A stretch of 64,000 nucleotides of DNA from Amoebophrya sp. A120 (Eukaryota; Protista; Dinoflagellata): positions 2,172,054 through 2,236,053 of the forward strand of contig CAJINV010000005.1 in the NCBI GenBank assembly GCA_905178155.1. The letters are read 5' to 3'. Below the pieces are notes generated by a model. It made no database searches. It was not told the origin of the DNA and saw nothing but the letters and a program-made list of their open reading frames with translations. The translations under genes and the position numbers were made by a program. Positions 14,301-27,323 of the stretch are shown piece by piece; the first letter of the stretch is position 1, and each line of letters starts with the position of its first letter.

Positions 14301-17300
14301 ATGGCCCCGAAGAAGGAAGAGAAGGCCCCGAAAAAGGAGGCCAAGAAGGAGGAATCCAAGGAGGCCAAGGAGGTGGACCTCTCCGTGAAACCCCCGAAGC
14401 CGGATGACGCCGCCTTCAAGAAGCGCACGGACGAAGTGTCCGCGGAAATCGACGCCAAAAAGGCGGACATGAAAAAGCTCACCGACAAAATCTCCGGAAG
14501 GAATGAAGGTATACTAGAACGCTGACATGTTCATTTTTGAGAAGAAATTTATGCTCTACAGAAAAGTTGCTCTTGCTTCCTCCCCAGATTTAAATTTTGC
14601 TTTTTCATGATCATTTCTCGCGATTCCATTATCTTTATCTCCCAATCATTGATTCGATTGTGGCACTAGTAATTGCAAATTGTGCAACACAAAAAATCAT
14701 ACTATCCATCAGGTAAGGAGGCATACGATGAGCAGAAGCAGGCCCTCTACAACAGTATGAACAGCGTCAAATCCGAGCAGCAGGCTCTCATCGCACAGAA
14801 GAAGGCCCTGCAGGACCAGAAGCGCAACACAGAGAAGGAAGGTAGCACATCTGATGCTTTAGTTTTAAAAGAGGGAGTTTTTTAGAATTCTGTACACGTC
14901 CTGTTGCGGGACGGAATTTAAAGAGTGAGAGAGAGAAAAACGTCGATGTCCAGCAATGTCTTTCGAAAAAGAGAGTGTGAGAGCCATCTGATTGTCTGCC
15001 GAAAGGTGGAACCCCGGAAATTAGCCTTTAGATTTTATGACGCATGTTGATCATGCCCAGCAAACACTTTAAAAATTTGTTTGACCACGCCTCAATCCAT
15101 CGAAAAAACAGAGCGTGAGGCTAAGCGTCAGCTGTCCGCACTGGAGAAGGATGTTGCTCACTTGACGGAGGAGGGCATCGACAACGAAATCAAGAAAATC
15201 GAGTACACCATGGCCACCCGATCCATGTCGCTGAAGGAAGAGAAGGAATACATGCAGCAGATCAAGAAGTATTTTCATTTGATAATTTGTCTTTCTAGAC
15301 TTTGCTACTTGCAAATAGCTCGGTGTCGTGTCAAGCGATAGAAGTCATGCGATGGTTTTCATCTTTAGTGTGTAGTGACTTAGTTTTCGAATCGGTGCTG
15401 GCTATAACATGCATGGGAAGCTGCTGCTGCTGTAATACATCAACGCATATGCACACTTTCACTTTATCCTTATCAGGCTGAAGGCCCAGCGCCCCCAGGC
15501 TCAGAAGCAGCAGAAGGAGTACGAGGCCATGAAGGCGAAGGTGGATTCCGGCGCTCAGGTCGACCATAACGCTACTTTCGCTGGTATGCATTGCAAATGT
15601 GTCTGGGTCTGGAAACTTGTGATGCTGACTTGGGAACAGTGGACACAATGCAATACGCAGCCAAGCATGACAAGTTCTTAAGCTGCTATGTGTTGCAAGA
15701 GCTGCATGACAGGCAAAGTGCGCTTTTGCATGACAGGCAGGCGACTCTCATCTTGCTCATGCAGCACAGAGTTAGGAGTCATGAGAAACACGCATGACAA
15801 ACTTCCATTCTTCCAGACCCAGACATATTTGCATTTGATAGCTGACCAGCTGACCCAACTGGAAGCCGCCATCAAGGAGAAGAAGAGCTCGCATGAGGAC
15901 TTGTAAATACAGATTTTTGCTTTCGATTTGTTGTGGTGCGACCAGTGGTGCAACTCGAAACATTATAAGTAGTCGTATCGGTCTTGGCCTGATGGAAGTC
16001 GGAATGCAAATTCGAACACCAAATTTATCCTCGTCTAGCAGCACTTGTGGAACTCAGAGTTGCGGAAAGGGGATGTCAATATCTAAATCCCGCAATCTAT
16101 CCAAAAACACAGCTATGAGCAGATCCAGAAGCTGAAGCAGGATCGTGACTCCAAGATGTCCGGTGTGTCGGAACTCATCGCCAAAAAGAAGCAGCTGGCC
16201 GAAGACGTCCAGGAGTTGGTTGCCAACCGCAACGCCATCCACGAAGAGAAGCGCGCCATGCAGAAGACGTATTGGAAGATTTTGATGATTGTTTGTGTTG
16301 CAGATAACGAATACGGAATGCAGCATATTTACCTGCTCCGTGTGTGAATGACTTTGTGTTGCATGCTTTGCAATGTATGCTGTCCTCTGTTCCACTCTCA
16401 TGCAGGCGCCCTACAAGAACTAATGATTGGCAATAACACTATGACTATCCTATCAGATTCAACCAGTGGGAGCAGGCCGAGCGCAAGAAGCGTCAGCAGA
16501 AGATCGAGGCTGAGCGCAAGGAGTGGGAGGCCAAGGCCGAGGCGGAGCGCGCCAAGTGGGAGCTGGAGCAGCCGAACCCGTACTTGAATGAAACCACTTT
16601 GTTGGAACAGACTCTGGACTACTGCAAGAACTTGCTGCCGAAATCCGAGGAAGCCAAGGCTGAAGAGAAGAAGGAAGTCAACGCTCCGGTATTTTAAAAT
16701 CATCATAATGATGACACTGTGACTGATAAGTATCAATTGAACTGCATATAACTGTTCGCATAGTCAGTTGCCGTATTTTGTCATGCGGAGACTGAATCAT
16801 CTAACGAATTTGTCTAGCAAAATCGCATATGTCAACACTAAAAACAGGATGGCGTCCGAGTGCTGATGTCCAAGAAGGACCGTGACACGGAGATGTACTT
16901 CGAAGCCACCAAGAAGAAGAGCCTGAAGAAGAAGGGTATGGTCATTTTCTCATGCGTGCTTTTGGATTACAGCAGCATCTGTTCATCGTAATTGATTCTC
17001 CCAGAATGATGTTGTCAGTCGTTTCTCCTGCAGAACGAGGTTCTTTATTATCCAGAAATCACGACATTACGGACACGGAGCAATCAATACTACAGGTGGC
17101 GACAAGGCGAAGGCTACGGCCATCAAGCACACGGCGGAAACGTTCGCGATCTTTGACCAGCTGAAGGTGAAGGCCCCGATGACCACGGAACACATCCCGG
17201 CGCTCATGGACCAGCTGAACGGTCAGCTCGCGTCCTACATGGAGAAGGTCAAGGTCTGGGAGGCCGAGCGCGCCGCCAAGCTCGAGGCCGCCAAGAACGC

Positions 17301-17346
17301 CGAGGCCGATGCCCAGGCCACAACTTCAACCAACGCGGACGAGTAA
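14301..17346 (+). CDS. Coiled-coil protein, Bfr1/proton-pump-interactor-like
   Basis: Multi-exon K/E-rich coiled coil: KPDDAAFKKRTDEVSAEI, IDNEIKKIEYTMATRSMSLKEEKEYMQQI, QPNPYLNETTLLEQTLDYCK, IKHTAETFAIFDQLKVKAP; several GT-AG introns and one introner. Confidence 0.65.
15585..15840. mobile_element. Introner family A
   Basis: Family A TIRs; TSD GCTGG/GCTGA (1 mismatch); removal gives ATFA(D/G)QLTQLEAAI. Confidence 0.88.
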
Positions 17347-18995
17347 AAAACCGGTGTATCAGCAGTACACAAACTCGGATGTTGAAGACAACGTACAGGG
17401 AGAAGTGCGATGAAAGAGTTATCTTGTAGGACGACTGTGTCTGGTGGACGACAAACGATATTAGCCGCTGAAGAGGGGAAACCAGAGCAACTGTCCTACG
17501 TGGTCCTTCTGCGCTTATCCTCGAACACGATATAAATATCCAACGCCGGAAACGTGGGGGGCAAGTCGGGCAGTGGATTTCGTGTGGGTGCTGAAGATTT
17601 ACAGTTTTCACACTCTGCACTCTTCACGCGATATTTGTCATCCGGACGTCCGGTGAATGGGGTCGTTGGTGGAAGATAATTCGCAACAAGTTTTTAGAAA
17701 CACACCACAACATGCTGTAAAGTTTTACAGGATTTTCAATGTACTCGCTTTATTCATGACGATTGTAACATCAAAATTGGAGCACAAGTGGTTGTCGCAT
17801 CGCTGTTGAAAAATTTTATGGGCAAAATTATGAATGTGACACCTGTAGTTATCGAAAGAGATAAGCTGAGTATAAACTATTCATAGAACTTTTCGAAACT
17901 TTTCAAGTCTAAAGAGATTTTTTCATCATCGAATCGGACCATGATTTTCTTGTTTTACGGAAGTTCGCAAGATACTGGATGCGGTTGCAGCGCGCATGTG
18001 CTAGCGAGGGGACAAAAATACTAGGACAGATACATCAACCGCGCAAAAAGGACAAACAAAACCCCCAGCTGCTGAGTGTGGCACATGCAGTACAAATCCC
18101 GCAATTAATGATTACGTATGTTTTTGCACACCGGAACCGGATTGGGGTCACCATTCCGATAATACTTGTCGGGATGAATCGAGTCTTGGTATCCAAAGAA
18201 AGATAGAAGTAAAACACTACGCTTCAGTAGATCTGTGTCTCACCCGAAACAAAGTCTTTAGCAAAGGAAGATCAAATCGAAATGCAACTGGAATGCAAAC
18301 GCAACTATCGGCTACCGACTTTTACACGAATCTTGAAATGTGCTTTATGATAAGAACGCCGCCGTACAACCTGTCTGTACAACGCACGAGCAGGCTATCA
18401 TAGTTCTGTAAGCGACACGTGAGATTTTTCAGTAGAATGTAGCTGTTTTGCAGGTGATCAAAACAAAAGTTGAGGGGAAGATCATTTTTGCTATGAAGAC
18501 GAAATCAAGTACTTTGTTTCAACCAGAAGAGACCAGGTAACAAGCTGTTTTCTGAAGAAAGTTTTCGCGAAAGGAATTATCAGTATGAAACTTTTCAAGT
18601 GAAACACGCAGTGCGTTGTAACCGCCAATGCGGGGCTTTCTTCTCGCGTGGGGCGGCTTTTTGTTCCGTTTGAAGGTGTAGCAGGATCATGCGCCATCTC
18701 TCACCGCTATGCTAAACAGCATTCCAAAAAGAGCGTGCCTTTGCTGGGAAGAACGACGCTGGAGTGCGCAAAAATTTCCCGGAGCGAATGTGGGTACGTG
18801 TTTAGCAGAAGTCCAGCGGAGTGCGTGTGGTTTTGAGTGTTTGATAGAGTGAATGTCGAGTGCGTCAAGCCTGACGAGAGAACAAGTGCCTGAGTAGTAC
18901 GGTAATGCACATCCAGGGTGCGGCCTCTTTCTCTCGCGGCGAACGCACACTGCAATTCAAATCTCTTCGTCAAGTTTCGTCTTCTTCATAACACA

Positions 18996-21900
18996 ATGCC
19001 GCCGAAATCCAAGGCGGCGCCCAAGAAGGAGGCCGGGCCCGCGGCGCCGGCCGCGGGGGCCGCGCAAACCGGCGGAGGAGGGGGCACGACGAGGCTACAG
19101 ATCATGCTAGATAAGAAGATCGTCACACCGGCCGCGTTGCAAGTACCCGCGGTCAGCTCACCGAAGGTGTCGGATAAGACGCTAGAAAAAACGTACGATC
19201 CGCACGGCACGGTAAAGAGGCAAGGCTCGGAGTTCGGGTTAGCAGCGAAAGCAAAGGTCGGTTTGGTGTAGTTGTTGGTGCTAGAGCGAGATCGATGTTC
19301 AGAAGCCACAGCCATAGCTGCACATCATGACATGTAGATTGAAGATGGGGTGACACTACACCATTTTTTTTGCATGGCACATCAAAGAAAACCGCACCAC
19401 AGTCTATCGAAGGGCACGTAAATCTGGAGGAGATGGTCGAAAAGTACTTGACAGAAACGGAAACGCAGACCCTCTTCTATCAAAATGAAAAATCCCCACT
19501 CCTCACATAAAAACGAAATTTCTGATGCTGAATTTGCGTAAGTACACAGATGTCTTGCAGTAGAGGACTGCAGGCCCATATCATGCCAATATGGAGAGGC
19601 TTCTGCCTAGGCACCCAGCATGAGGAACGTCTGTGCTGTAGTCCCAACAGCATCACAAATCGCCTCCATAATGGGGCGGAGCCTATGCCGTTGCCTTCTT
19701 GCAAAACAGACGCGATTCGTGATCACAAATAAGCGTCGCAAATTCTCTGAGGTGTGCCGTTTCGATATGGGGAGGGGGGATTTTTCCTTTTGATATCTTC
19801 GCGGTCCCAAGTCTCTGTGTCGCCCTCGATGACACGCAATTGCACGGCGCAGTATTCCTTCGATAAAGTTCGTGTAGTTTCGGATGTCCCTAAAAATGCT
19901 GATTCTGGTGCCCTCTGTCTCTCCTGCATGAAAACGAGGCTTTTCGAGGTGAGAAGTAGCAATCGATCGGAGCAGCGCAAACCTGCAGATTTGCAGCACA
20001 GAAAGATGCTTTTAAAAAAATCAGATAAGCGCCAAAAACAAGAAGTACGAGGAGCTGTTACTCGCAAAACGCAACGCCGCGGACCAGTTCCGGGGGCAGC
20101 ACCAGCAAACCTTAAATCCGGTGATGAAAACGAAGGAAATACTCGCACTACCACCAAAAACCCACTCGATGGGGGTGGACGCAACCGAGTGGGACATACA
20201 CGACACGTTTGCCACGAAGGCGATTCCAAAGCACGAGCAGATCGAGGGGAAGATCGTGCATGACACAGAGGTATTATTTGTATGCAAAACCCACCGTCGG
20301 TATTAAAGCTTTTAGGCTGCTGAATAAATCTTGATCTTCTTCTTCTGACTCTGTTGAAACCACTTGTTCCACGAGAGAAGTGCGGCTTTTTTCATGGTGC
20401 TGGAATGCAAAGAGCCAACAGTACTTATGAATGTAGTTCTAGAGGACCATGATGCAGCCGCGCAGGTGATGTTGCTGTTGTGAAATAAAAGGACCACCCA
20501 ACAGGAAAATAAAAAAACAGCTCCTGGTCGAGTCCGCGCTGAAGAAGAAGGGTTGCCTTTTCCCGTTAGAGGAAGCCTCCACTTCAGCGGAGGAAGGAGG
20601 CGATGCCCCTACCGGGGCTGCAGTTTGGACGTTACAGGAGGACGCGGACTTGCTGTCGCTTACCCACTCTGCGGCAATCATGGAAAAATCTGTGGTACAA
20701 AACGTGTTCCACGGGCAGCAAATGACCTACAGGAATTACCCAACTCTGGAACAGCTCGCGAAGGACGACGAAAAATGGCGACAGCAGAGTACTTATGATT
20801 TGCAAATATGTCTGGGTCTGGAAGGATGCCAGTTTTGTCATGCACATTTTGCATGACTCCTGATGTCTGTGATGCATGCCCTAGCATCACAGACTTTATG
20901 AGGGCTCTCCGATGCCTATACCGCATCACAAATGCCCTCTCGCCGTGGCAAAAACTGGACCTCTTTTGCTGTTCATGCAATACAGATTTATTGTAGAATC
21001 CAAATCCAGCATCACAAGTTGCAACCTTCCAGACCCAGACACTTTTGCATTTGATAGTACCCAAGTAGACAGCGACGCGGAGCAGCGACTAGGGGATGTG
21101 GGCAGTGTATGCAAAGAAAAAAGTGTTACAGTTACACATTGTGTTGCAGGACCGACAAGGCAGACAGCCTTTGTCATGCAGGAAATGCTTTGGAGCCTCG
21201 ATTCCTTCGTGTTTTCCCTTCTGATGTTTGCATTACAAGTTTCCTCTGCCACACAGAGAAAATTTGTGATGCAGAAATTCCAACAAATGTGTAACTGTAA
21301 CACTTTTTTCCTGTGATACAGTGGCGCGGAGGGGGAGAAAAAGGAGGAGGGGAAAGAAGGTAGGGATGTTTGATTATTTTGCTAGAACTACAACATCACG
21401 AATGACATTTTCGTTTTGTTGCTATTCATGTAGTTTCTGTCCCAGCATGTCAAACAGGTACTCACAGAATGAAATGTTCTACTCCCAATGCTGGCCTCCG
21501 GCTGCGGCATAACAACGAATATGATCGCATCCGCTATGAATTTCACTTTTGGCTCATTTGAAAAATAAAACTCTATAAAGGTGAAGCACCTCCTGAGGGC
21601 GAATCCAAGCCGGCGGACGTACCTGTCCCCCCAGTCGACTCATCGCACCCGCACCTCGCAGATTTGTTTTCGTTTGACGCGCCGGAGCTCACAAAAGGGC
21701 TGGCGACCACGTGTGCGGAATGGAACTCGCACCAAAACGACCTGCTCGCGGTCGCATACGGAGACACAAGTGCAAGCATAGACGCGCTGTCTGCAAGAAG
21801 AGAAAAGGACGGAGCAGCAGGTAGGATTTTATGTGAATAGATAAATCCGAAGAACGCAAGTGTGGGGGTCTTTCATGGCATGCTCGATTATTGGTTATGT

Positions 21901-24900
21901 AACCTCCTATTGCCAGCTAGGGGAGCACCCATGCGGTGGTAGGATCCAGCGCCCCTAGGTCGGGGGCGCTCCTGCCTTCAGCCGTATGGGAATCCGTGGG
22001 CAGAAGTATCCACTCGCGCGCCGCGCCCGCTCTAGTTAGGGTCTATCTTCGCTTTTTCTTCTCTTCATCCCACATCGACAGAACAAGCATATTCACTCAC
22101 GCGGTTCGCTCCGGCTACAGTGATCTACTTAAGCTTCTCTTTTGATTTTACACTGCAATATATCGCAAGAACCACTCTTCTCGAAATTCAAATTCTATCA
22201 GGTTTGATCCTGTTCTGGTCCCTGAAAAATCCGTCCTACCCGGAGCGAATACTCAAGACCTCTTCCGGCGTTAGCTCCCTAGCCTTCTCGCAAACGCATC
22301 CGTCCATGATCGCAGCGGGTCTCGTGGACGGAACCGTATGGATTGCAAATATGGCTGGGTCTGGAAGATTGCCAGGCTTGTCATGCTTGTCTGGCATGAC
22401 TCGAGAATATGTGTTGCATAGGCACGAAAGAGCCCTCTTAACTGTCATGCGAAAAGGGAGTTTGCCATGCGGAATACATAAGACATGGCAGCCACAAAAT
22501 TTAGCTGCGTATTGGGGCGCGTCTATCATTCACTTTTAGCATTACAAGTTTCCAGACCCAGACATATTTGCAATCCATAAACCGTTGCGGTCTACGATAG
22601 CAGGAGAGCCACGTCAACCCCGGTGCTGGTGTCTGGGAGCTCGGTCTCCACGCAAAACGACAGGAAACACACAGACTGCGTGTGGGAAGTGAAGTGGGTA
22701 CTGGGGAACTAGAAATATTAAGCTGGTTGTTTTTTATTCATGATGCAGGGTGCTCCGAGATCTTTTATTGAGGAAGAAATGAAAGCACGAAATTTAAATT
22801 TTTCCAATGTGCAAGGCAAACGAAGGCGTGTTCTATACTTCATTTTTCGCTAGGTAAGTCAAAACCAAGGCGGGTCAAAGTCGGCGACAGAGTTGGAAAA
22901 TCTCATGTCCGTGTCCGGAGACGGAAAGATTTTCCAATGGACGATGCGAAATATCAAATGTAAAAATGTCTGGGTCTGGAAGATTGGTTTGTCATGCACA
23001 TTTTGCATGACTCCTGATGCCTGTGATGCATGCCCTGGCATCACAGATTTTGTGAGAGCTTCCTGATGCCTATACCGCATGACAAATGCTCTTTCCGTGT
23101 AGCAAAACTTGGCCTCTCTTTGCTGCCCATGCAATACAGATTTTTTTAGAATCCGAAATTAGCATGACAAGTTGCATTCTTCCAGACCCAGACATTTTTA
23201 CTTTTGATGCGAAAAGGCTTGGAACAAAAGCAGCTGATGAACCTGAAGAGACTACTATCCTGAGTAAAAACGTACCCACACCAGAGTTGTAATGCAAATC
23301 TGCATGCTGAAAATGTTTCTCATGCGGAGCCTCATGAGAAGCATTTTCTAGACGTGTTTTGCAATTTGTCATGCTCCAATCAGCATGGTGTGCTAGATCT
23401 GTGATGCTGCTGAGCTAGCTCAAACAGCACTACACTACGAATCCAAATTTGTCATGCAAAACCGCCAAAGCTTGTGGATTTGTCTAGCCGATTTCCCATC
23501 TTGACTATGGTGTGGGTACGTTTTTACTCAGGATAACTACCAAACGCGCATCTAGGTACTGGAATGCATTTTTGGTATTGAAAATTTGTCATGCAGTGGT
23601 TCCTTGATGATGATGCCGCCACTGTATCGTGGCGGATCGCTCGTGCTTGAATTTTCGGAATTACTACACGTCGACATTAAACAATCAAGGGTCCAACGTT
23701 TTCCGCCCGGTAGAGGGTGGCACCCCGTACCAAGGGGGCGCGTTCCGAAAGGCCGCGGGTATGGCGGTCGACGTTTTAGACGCGAGCAACTACTTGGTCG
23801 CAACGGACGATGGGTTTGTACACAGGTAATAAATATAGTCCTCCCAGGTTTGCGTAGCAGAGTTTCTACAGGAGCGCGTTGCTGTTTTTTTGTCATGCAA
23901 AAATAAGTACGAGTACATCATTACTGCTTTTCGTCATGCAAAAGAAACACAATAACCACTTCACAGGTGTTCCGTCTCCCACAATGAGCAATACCTGGAG
24001 TCCTTCTCCGGCCACTCTGGTTCCGTCTACCGCGTGAGGTGTAACCCCTTCTACCCCAACATTTTCCTCACCTGCTCCGTCGACTGGACGGTGCGGCTCT
24101 GGTCCTGCAAAACGTCCCTGAATCTGCAGAAATTCAAGCGAGACGTGATGATGGACCACAGCGAAACCGAGGCGGAGAACGACGATATCCCGCAAGCCGT
24201 AGCGAGCTCGCAGTCGCACCAGATTCACCTGCAGGCGCCGCAAGTGATGAACTTCCAGTCGACAGATTTGACTCAGGCGGTGCAGGATGTTGTCTGGTCG
24301 CCGGATAACAGCACCAGCTTCGCAGCCTGCATGAACGACGGCAGGGTAATGTGCTTGAAAATGTATCTGTCTTGCTGGGTGCGAGCTGTTTATCTTTATT
24401 TTCTGATGCATAAAAGCACTATTTTACCAATGTTTAGCTTGAAAGACGAGAAAAACAATTTTTTATCTACTAAATTGCATACCACAGGTCGAGCTGTGGG
24501 ACCTTTCTGTGAAGCCACACGACCCGCTGGTGGTCCACCACCCGAGTAGTTTGAAGGGCAAAGAGAGAACGTTTGTCCGGTTCGCGCGCAACTCCCCGGT
24601 GCTGGTGTGCGGCGACGGGCAGGGCACCGTGGCGGTGATGCGGGCACACAACATATCCTGAGTAAAAACGTCCCCACACCATAGTCAAGATGGGAGGTCT
24701 GCAACACACATCCTCACGTTTTGGGAGTTCTGCATGACAAGTCTCCATCTGCAGAGTGCTGGCTAGCAAGGAAAGCCGCAAGAGTAAGCCAATTATTTCT
24801 CATCCTGTTTACAGCATTACAAATGTTGCCAAAACACGACTGGAAATGCTTCTCGTGGAGATGCGCATGACAAATCGATTCCTGACATTGCGCATTTGCA

Positions 24901-25025
24901 TGACAACTCTGGGGCGGGGACGTTTTTACACGGGATACAACACGCAGGGACCGGCGAACCTGCAGCACCCCGAGCAGGTGGACAGGCTGCTATCCATGAT
25001 CGCCGCGAACGAGTCGAAGAAGTAG
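18996..25025 (+). CDS. WDR78: WD40 axonemal dynein intermediate chain, WDR78/DNAI4-like
   Basis: ETETQTLFAVPSLCV, EWNSHQNDLLAVAYG, LILFWSLKNPSYPERI, KHTDCVWEVKW, QWTMRKGLEQKQLMNLKR, YLVATDDGFVHRCSVSHNEQYLESFSGH, FLTCSVDWTVRLW; ~8 GT-AG introns plus 7 introners. Confidence 0.78.
19478..19795. mobile_element. Introner family C
   Basis: TIR TATCAAAA.GAAAAATCCCC / GGGGATTTTTCCTTTTGATA; TSD TCTTC; removal gives ETQTLFAVPSL. Confidence 0.9.
20794..21056. mobile_element. Introner family A
   Basis: Family A TIRs; TSD GTACT/GTACC; removal gives WRQQSTQVDSD. Confidence 0.88.
21108..21318. mobile_element. Introner family E
   Basis: TIR GAAAAAAGTGTTACAGTTACACATT / AATGTGTAACTGTAACACTTTTTTC with TAT..ATA ends; TSD CAGTG; removal gives DVGSGAEGEKK. 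Confidence 0.88.
22337..22579. mobile_element. Introner family A (opposite orientation to 8237-8487)
   Basis: Family A TIRs; TSD AACCG; removal gives GLVDGTVAVYD (WD40). Confidence 0.92.
22952..23209. mobile_element. Introner family A
   Basis: Family A TIRs (right end ...TTGATG); TSD CGAAA; removal gives QWTMRKGLEQ. Confidence 0.9.
23256..23535. mobile_element. Introner family B
   Basis: Perfect 28-bp TIR TATCCTGAGTAAAAACGTACCCACACCA; TSD ACTAC; removal gives NLKRLPNAHL. Confidence 0.93.
24654..24937. mobile_element. Introner family B
   Basis: Family B TIRs; TSD CAACA; removal gives VMRAHNTQGPANL. Confidence 0.92.
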
Positions 25026-26057
25026 AAGTAAGCTCCTGTAGGGGGCGCGAGGATTACAATAAACGAAGACGCACTCGCACCAGGGTGGACGACCTCTCGT
25101 CGCGTTTCTTGCGATCAAAATCCACTGCGAATATTAAAACTCAGGGTCGTTCGAAACTGATCATTCGATTGCGTTTTTGTATAATTGCGCATGAAACAAT
25201 ACTGCAATATTAAACGATCAACGTAGGAGAAGCTTGAATAATTACGATTAGCTGTCACTGAAGGATCCACTCTACCTGTGCGTCCGAGTACTATTCTGGA
25301 AGCACTGATGGACAAAAGTTTTTAGTTTAAATCAAACAAGCGCGGCTGCAAGTGCTGCGAGAGAAGAAATTTTTGTTAGATTGATAGGACTGGCACTGGC
25401 TGCAAACGAACTGAATAAAAATGCTTGTGGTCACTAAAGAGAGGATGAATATGATCTACTGTGTACGACACAAGTACAGGTTGTACCTTTTTTCAGATTC
25501 AGAATACTTTACATTTTGCTAGATGCGGCCACCAACTACCTTGTGTAGCTAGTGTAGTGCGCGGATTTGCTTCTAGGACTGCATCTCAGTCACACAACGG
25601 AAAAATAAAGCAGCGATAAATTTGACAACAACCACAAAAAAACTGCAGGGTTTTTGGCGACGCTTCTAGTAGATTGTAGTATCATGGATATGGTCGGTAG
25701 TTCTAGCATTCTCCTCACCTTTATTGTCCCCTCGTTTTGTAGTTGTATCACACGAGCCTACAAGAAAAGTTCACTTGTCATCACGTAAGACTCCTTGACT
25801 GGTTGTTTGGTCAAGCGTGATGTAGTGCTATCGCGACAGAAGGTTATTTTTTCCCTAAAGTATCACATTAACAGTATCGCTGTCACAGCTTCGAGCTTTT
25901 TAGTTTTACACTGACTAAGATTTTTGTGTTTCCATTATTTTGCAATACTATTTACGATGCCTACAGTGAGGTCTGTGGTACAGACCGACGGAGTAAGTAC
26001 TTCTTTTGTTCTCCGCAAAAGTACGATAGCAAAACTCCAGTTTAACAAAATCTCTTT

Positions 26058-26121
26058 AACCTAGGAAAATACAAGACGCAATCCTTTCCCATGACAGAAT
26101 ACGTATGTTCCAGTATCTGGC
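26058..26121. repeat. ~64-bp local duplication (second copy split by TA element)
   Basis: AACCTAGGAAAATACAAGACGCAATCCTTTCCC...TATCTGGC recurs as 26146-26159 + 27305-27354. Confidence 0.85.
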
Positions 26122-26159
26122 ATCAGGTTCACTTGCTACCACTTCAACCTAGGAAAATA

Positions 26160-27302
26160 CTCCAATAACCGGAATAAGCGTCCCAGTTCGAAATAAGCAT
26201 TGCGGTTATGCTATGAAACAGGTTAGGGGGTGGCAAAGCAGGCGAGTCTGGCAGGCTTTTTTTTTGTTTTCAGTGTGTGTCTTTTGCTGCTCTAAGTAGG
26301 AATGCGAATGAGGAATGCGGGTGATGAACTCAAATGATGAATGCGAATGATGAATGAGAATAACAAGCCAACTGGTTTCGGCTTTCAAGAAGGGGGCGGG
26401 GCGCGACTACTCCTCACCCGATGCAAAAACATGCTTTATGTTTATCGTTTTGTATTTGTATGGATGCAGCTGCAGTAAGTGTATAAAGATAAAGAGGCGT
26501 TTAGTTTTTTCGTCGCATAGGAAAACTCGCACTCTACAAGGGCGTATGGGTGGGCCCTCGTAGTGTTCGGCAAAGACTACGTGGGACCCCCGGGGTTTTT
26601 GGGAGCAAGTGAACCGCGGGATGGGGCCGCGGTCGCGGCGCGGGGCCCTTGGCGGGGTTTTTTTTTGTTGAGGGCGTAGGATTTGGGGATTCGGGTTTTG
26701 GGTTTGGACTGAGGGAGGGGAGGTTTTTTCCGCCACCCCCCGGCAGCTCTGCAGGGTTTGGGGATTTGGGGCGGCCTGTTGCCAAATCTTGCATGCCCGC
26801 CCCCCGACCGTGTTTGAAAAAATAAAACGGCCGGAGCGCGCGGGGCGCGGATCTTCGCCCCGCGAGATCCCGCCCCCGCGCCTTGCGCCCCGCGGCGGGC
26901 CCCTGCTCGCCCGGCCGATGCATCCTGGCCGGGCGGTGGTGGCCCCCCTTCGTTTTTTCGTTTTCAGGGGAAGTGGCGTTTTTTCTGTTCTCGAAAGGAC
27001 CGACGTTGCGGGCACCCTTCGGGCGCGATTGCGGTATACGGCAGCACACGGCGCGGGAAGGGTGCCAAGATAGAGCTTCCCCGGTCGCGTCGCCTTTTCA
27101 CCGCGTAAATTAATGCGTAGGCCCCGTTTCCCCACTGGCCTGCGTTAATATATAAAACCAACAAGGCTCCCGCTGCCTATCCTGTTGCCTGAACGAAAAG
27201 AAAAAAGTTCAAAAATTCGTCGAGTTTTTAGAACGCATGGGCATAACCTTGGCCGCTTAAATCTGTTATTTCGAACTGGGACGCTTAATCCGGTATATCG
27301 AG
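26160..27302. mobile_element. Non-autonomous TIR DNA transposon relic with TA TSD (Tc1/mariner/pogo-like)
   Basis: Inverted ends ACCGGAATAAGCGTCCCAGTTCGAAATAA / TTATTTCGAACTGGGACGCTTAATCCGGT; TA at 26158-9 and 27303-4; G-tract/GC-rich interior, no credible ORF. Confidence 0.8.
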
Positions 27303-27323
27303 TACAATACGCAATCCTTTCCC

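Noticed and set aside
21545-21558. Dinoflagellate spliced-leader relic (TTTTGGCTCA)
   Set aside because: Only about 10 nt match, in an intron; compatible with chance.
26680-26772. Interstitial telomeric repeats
   Set aside because: Irregular G/T tracts with no consistent TTTAGGG unit; lie inside the TA element.
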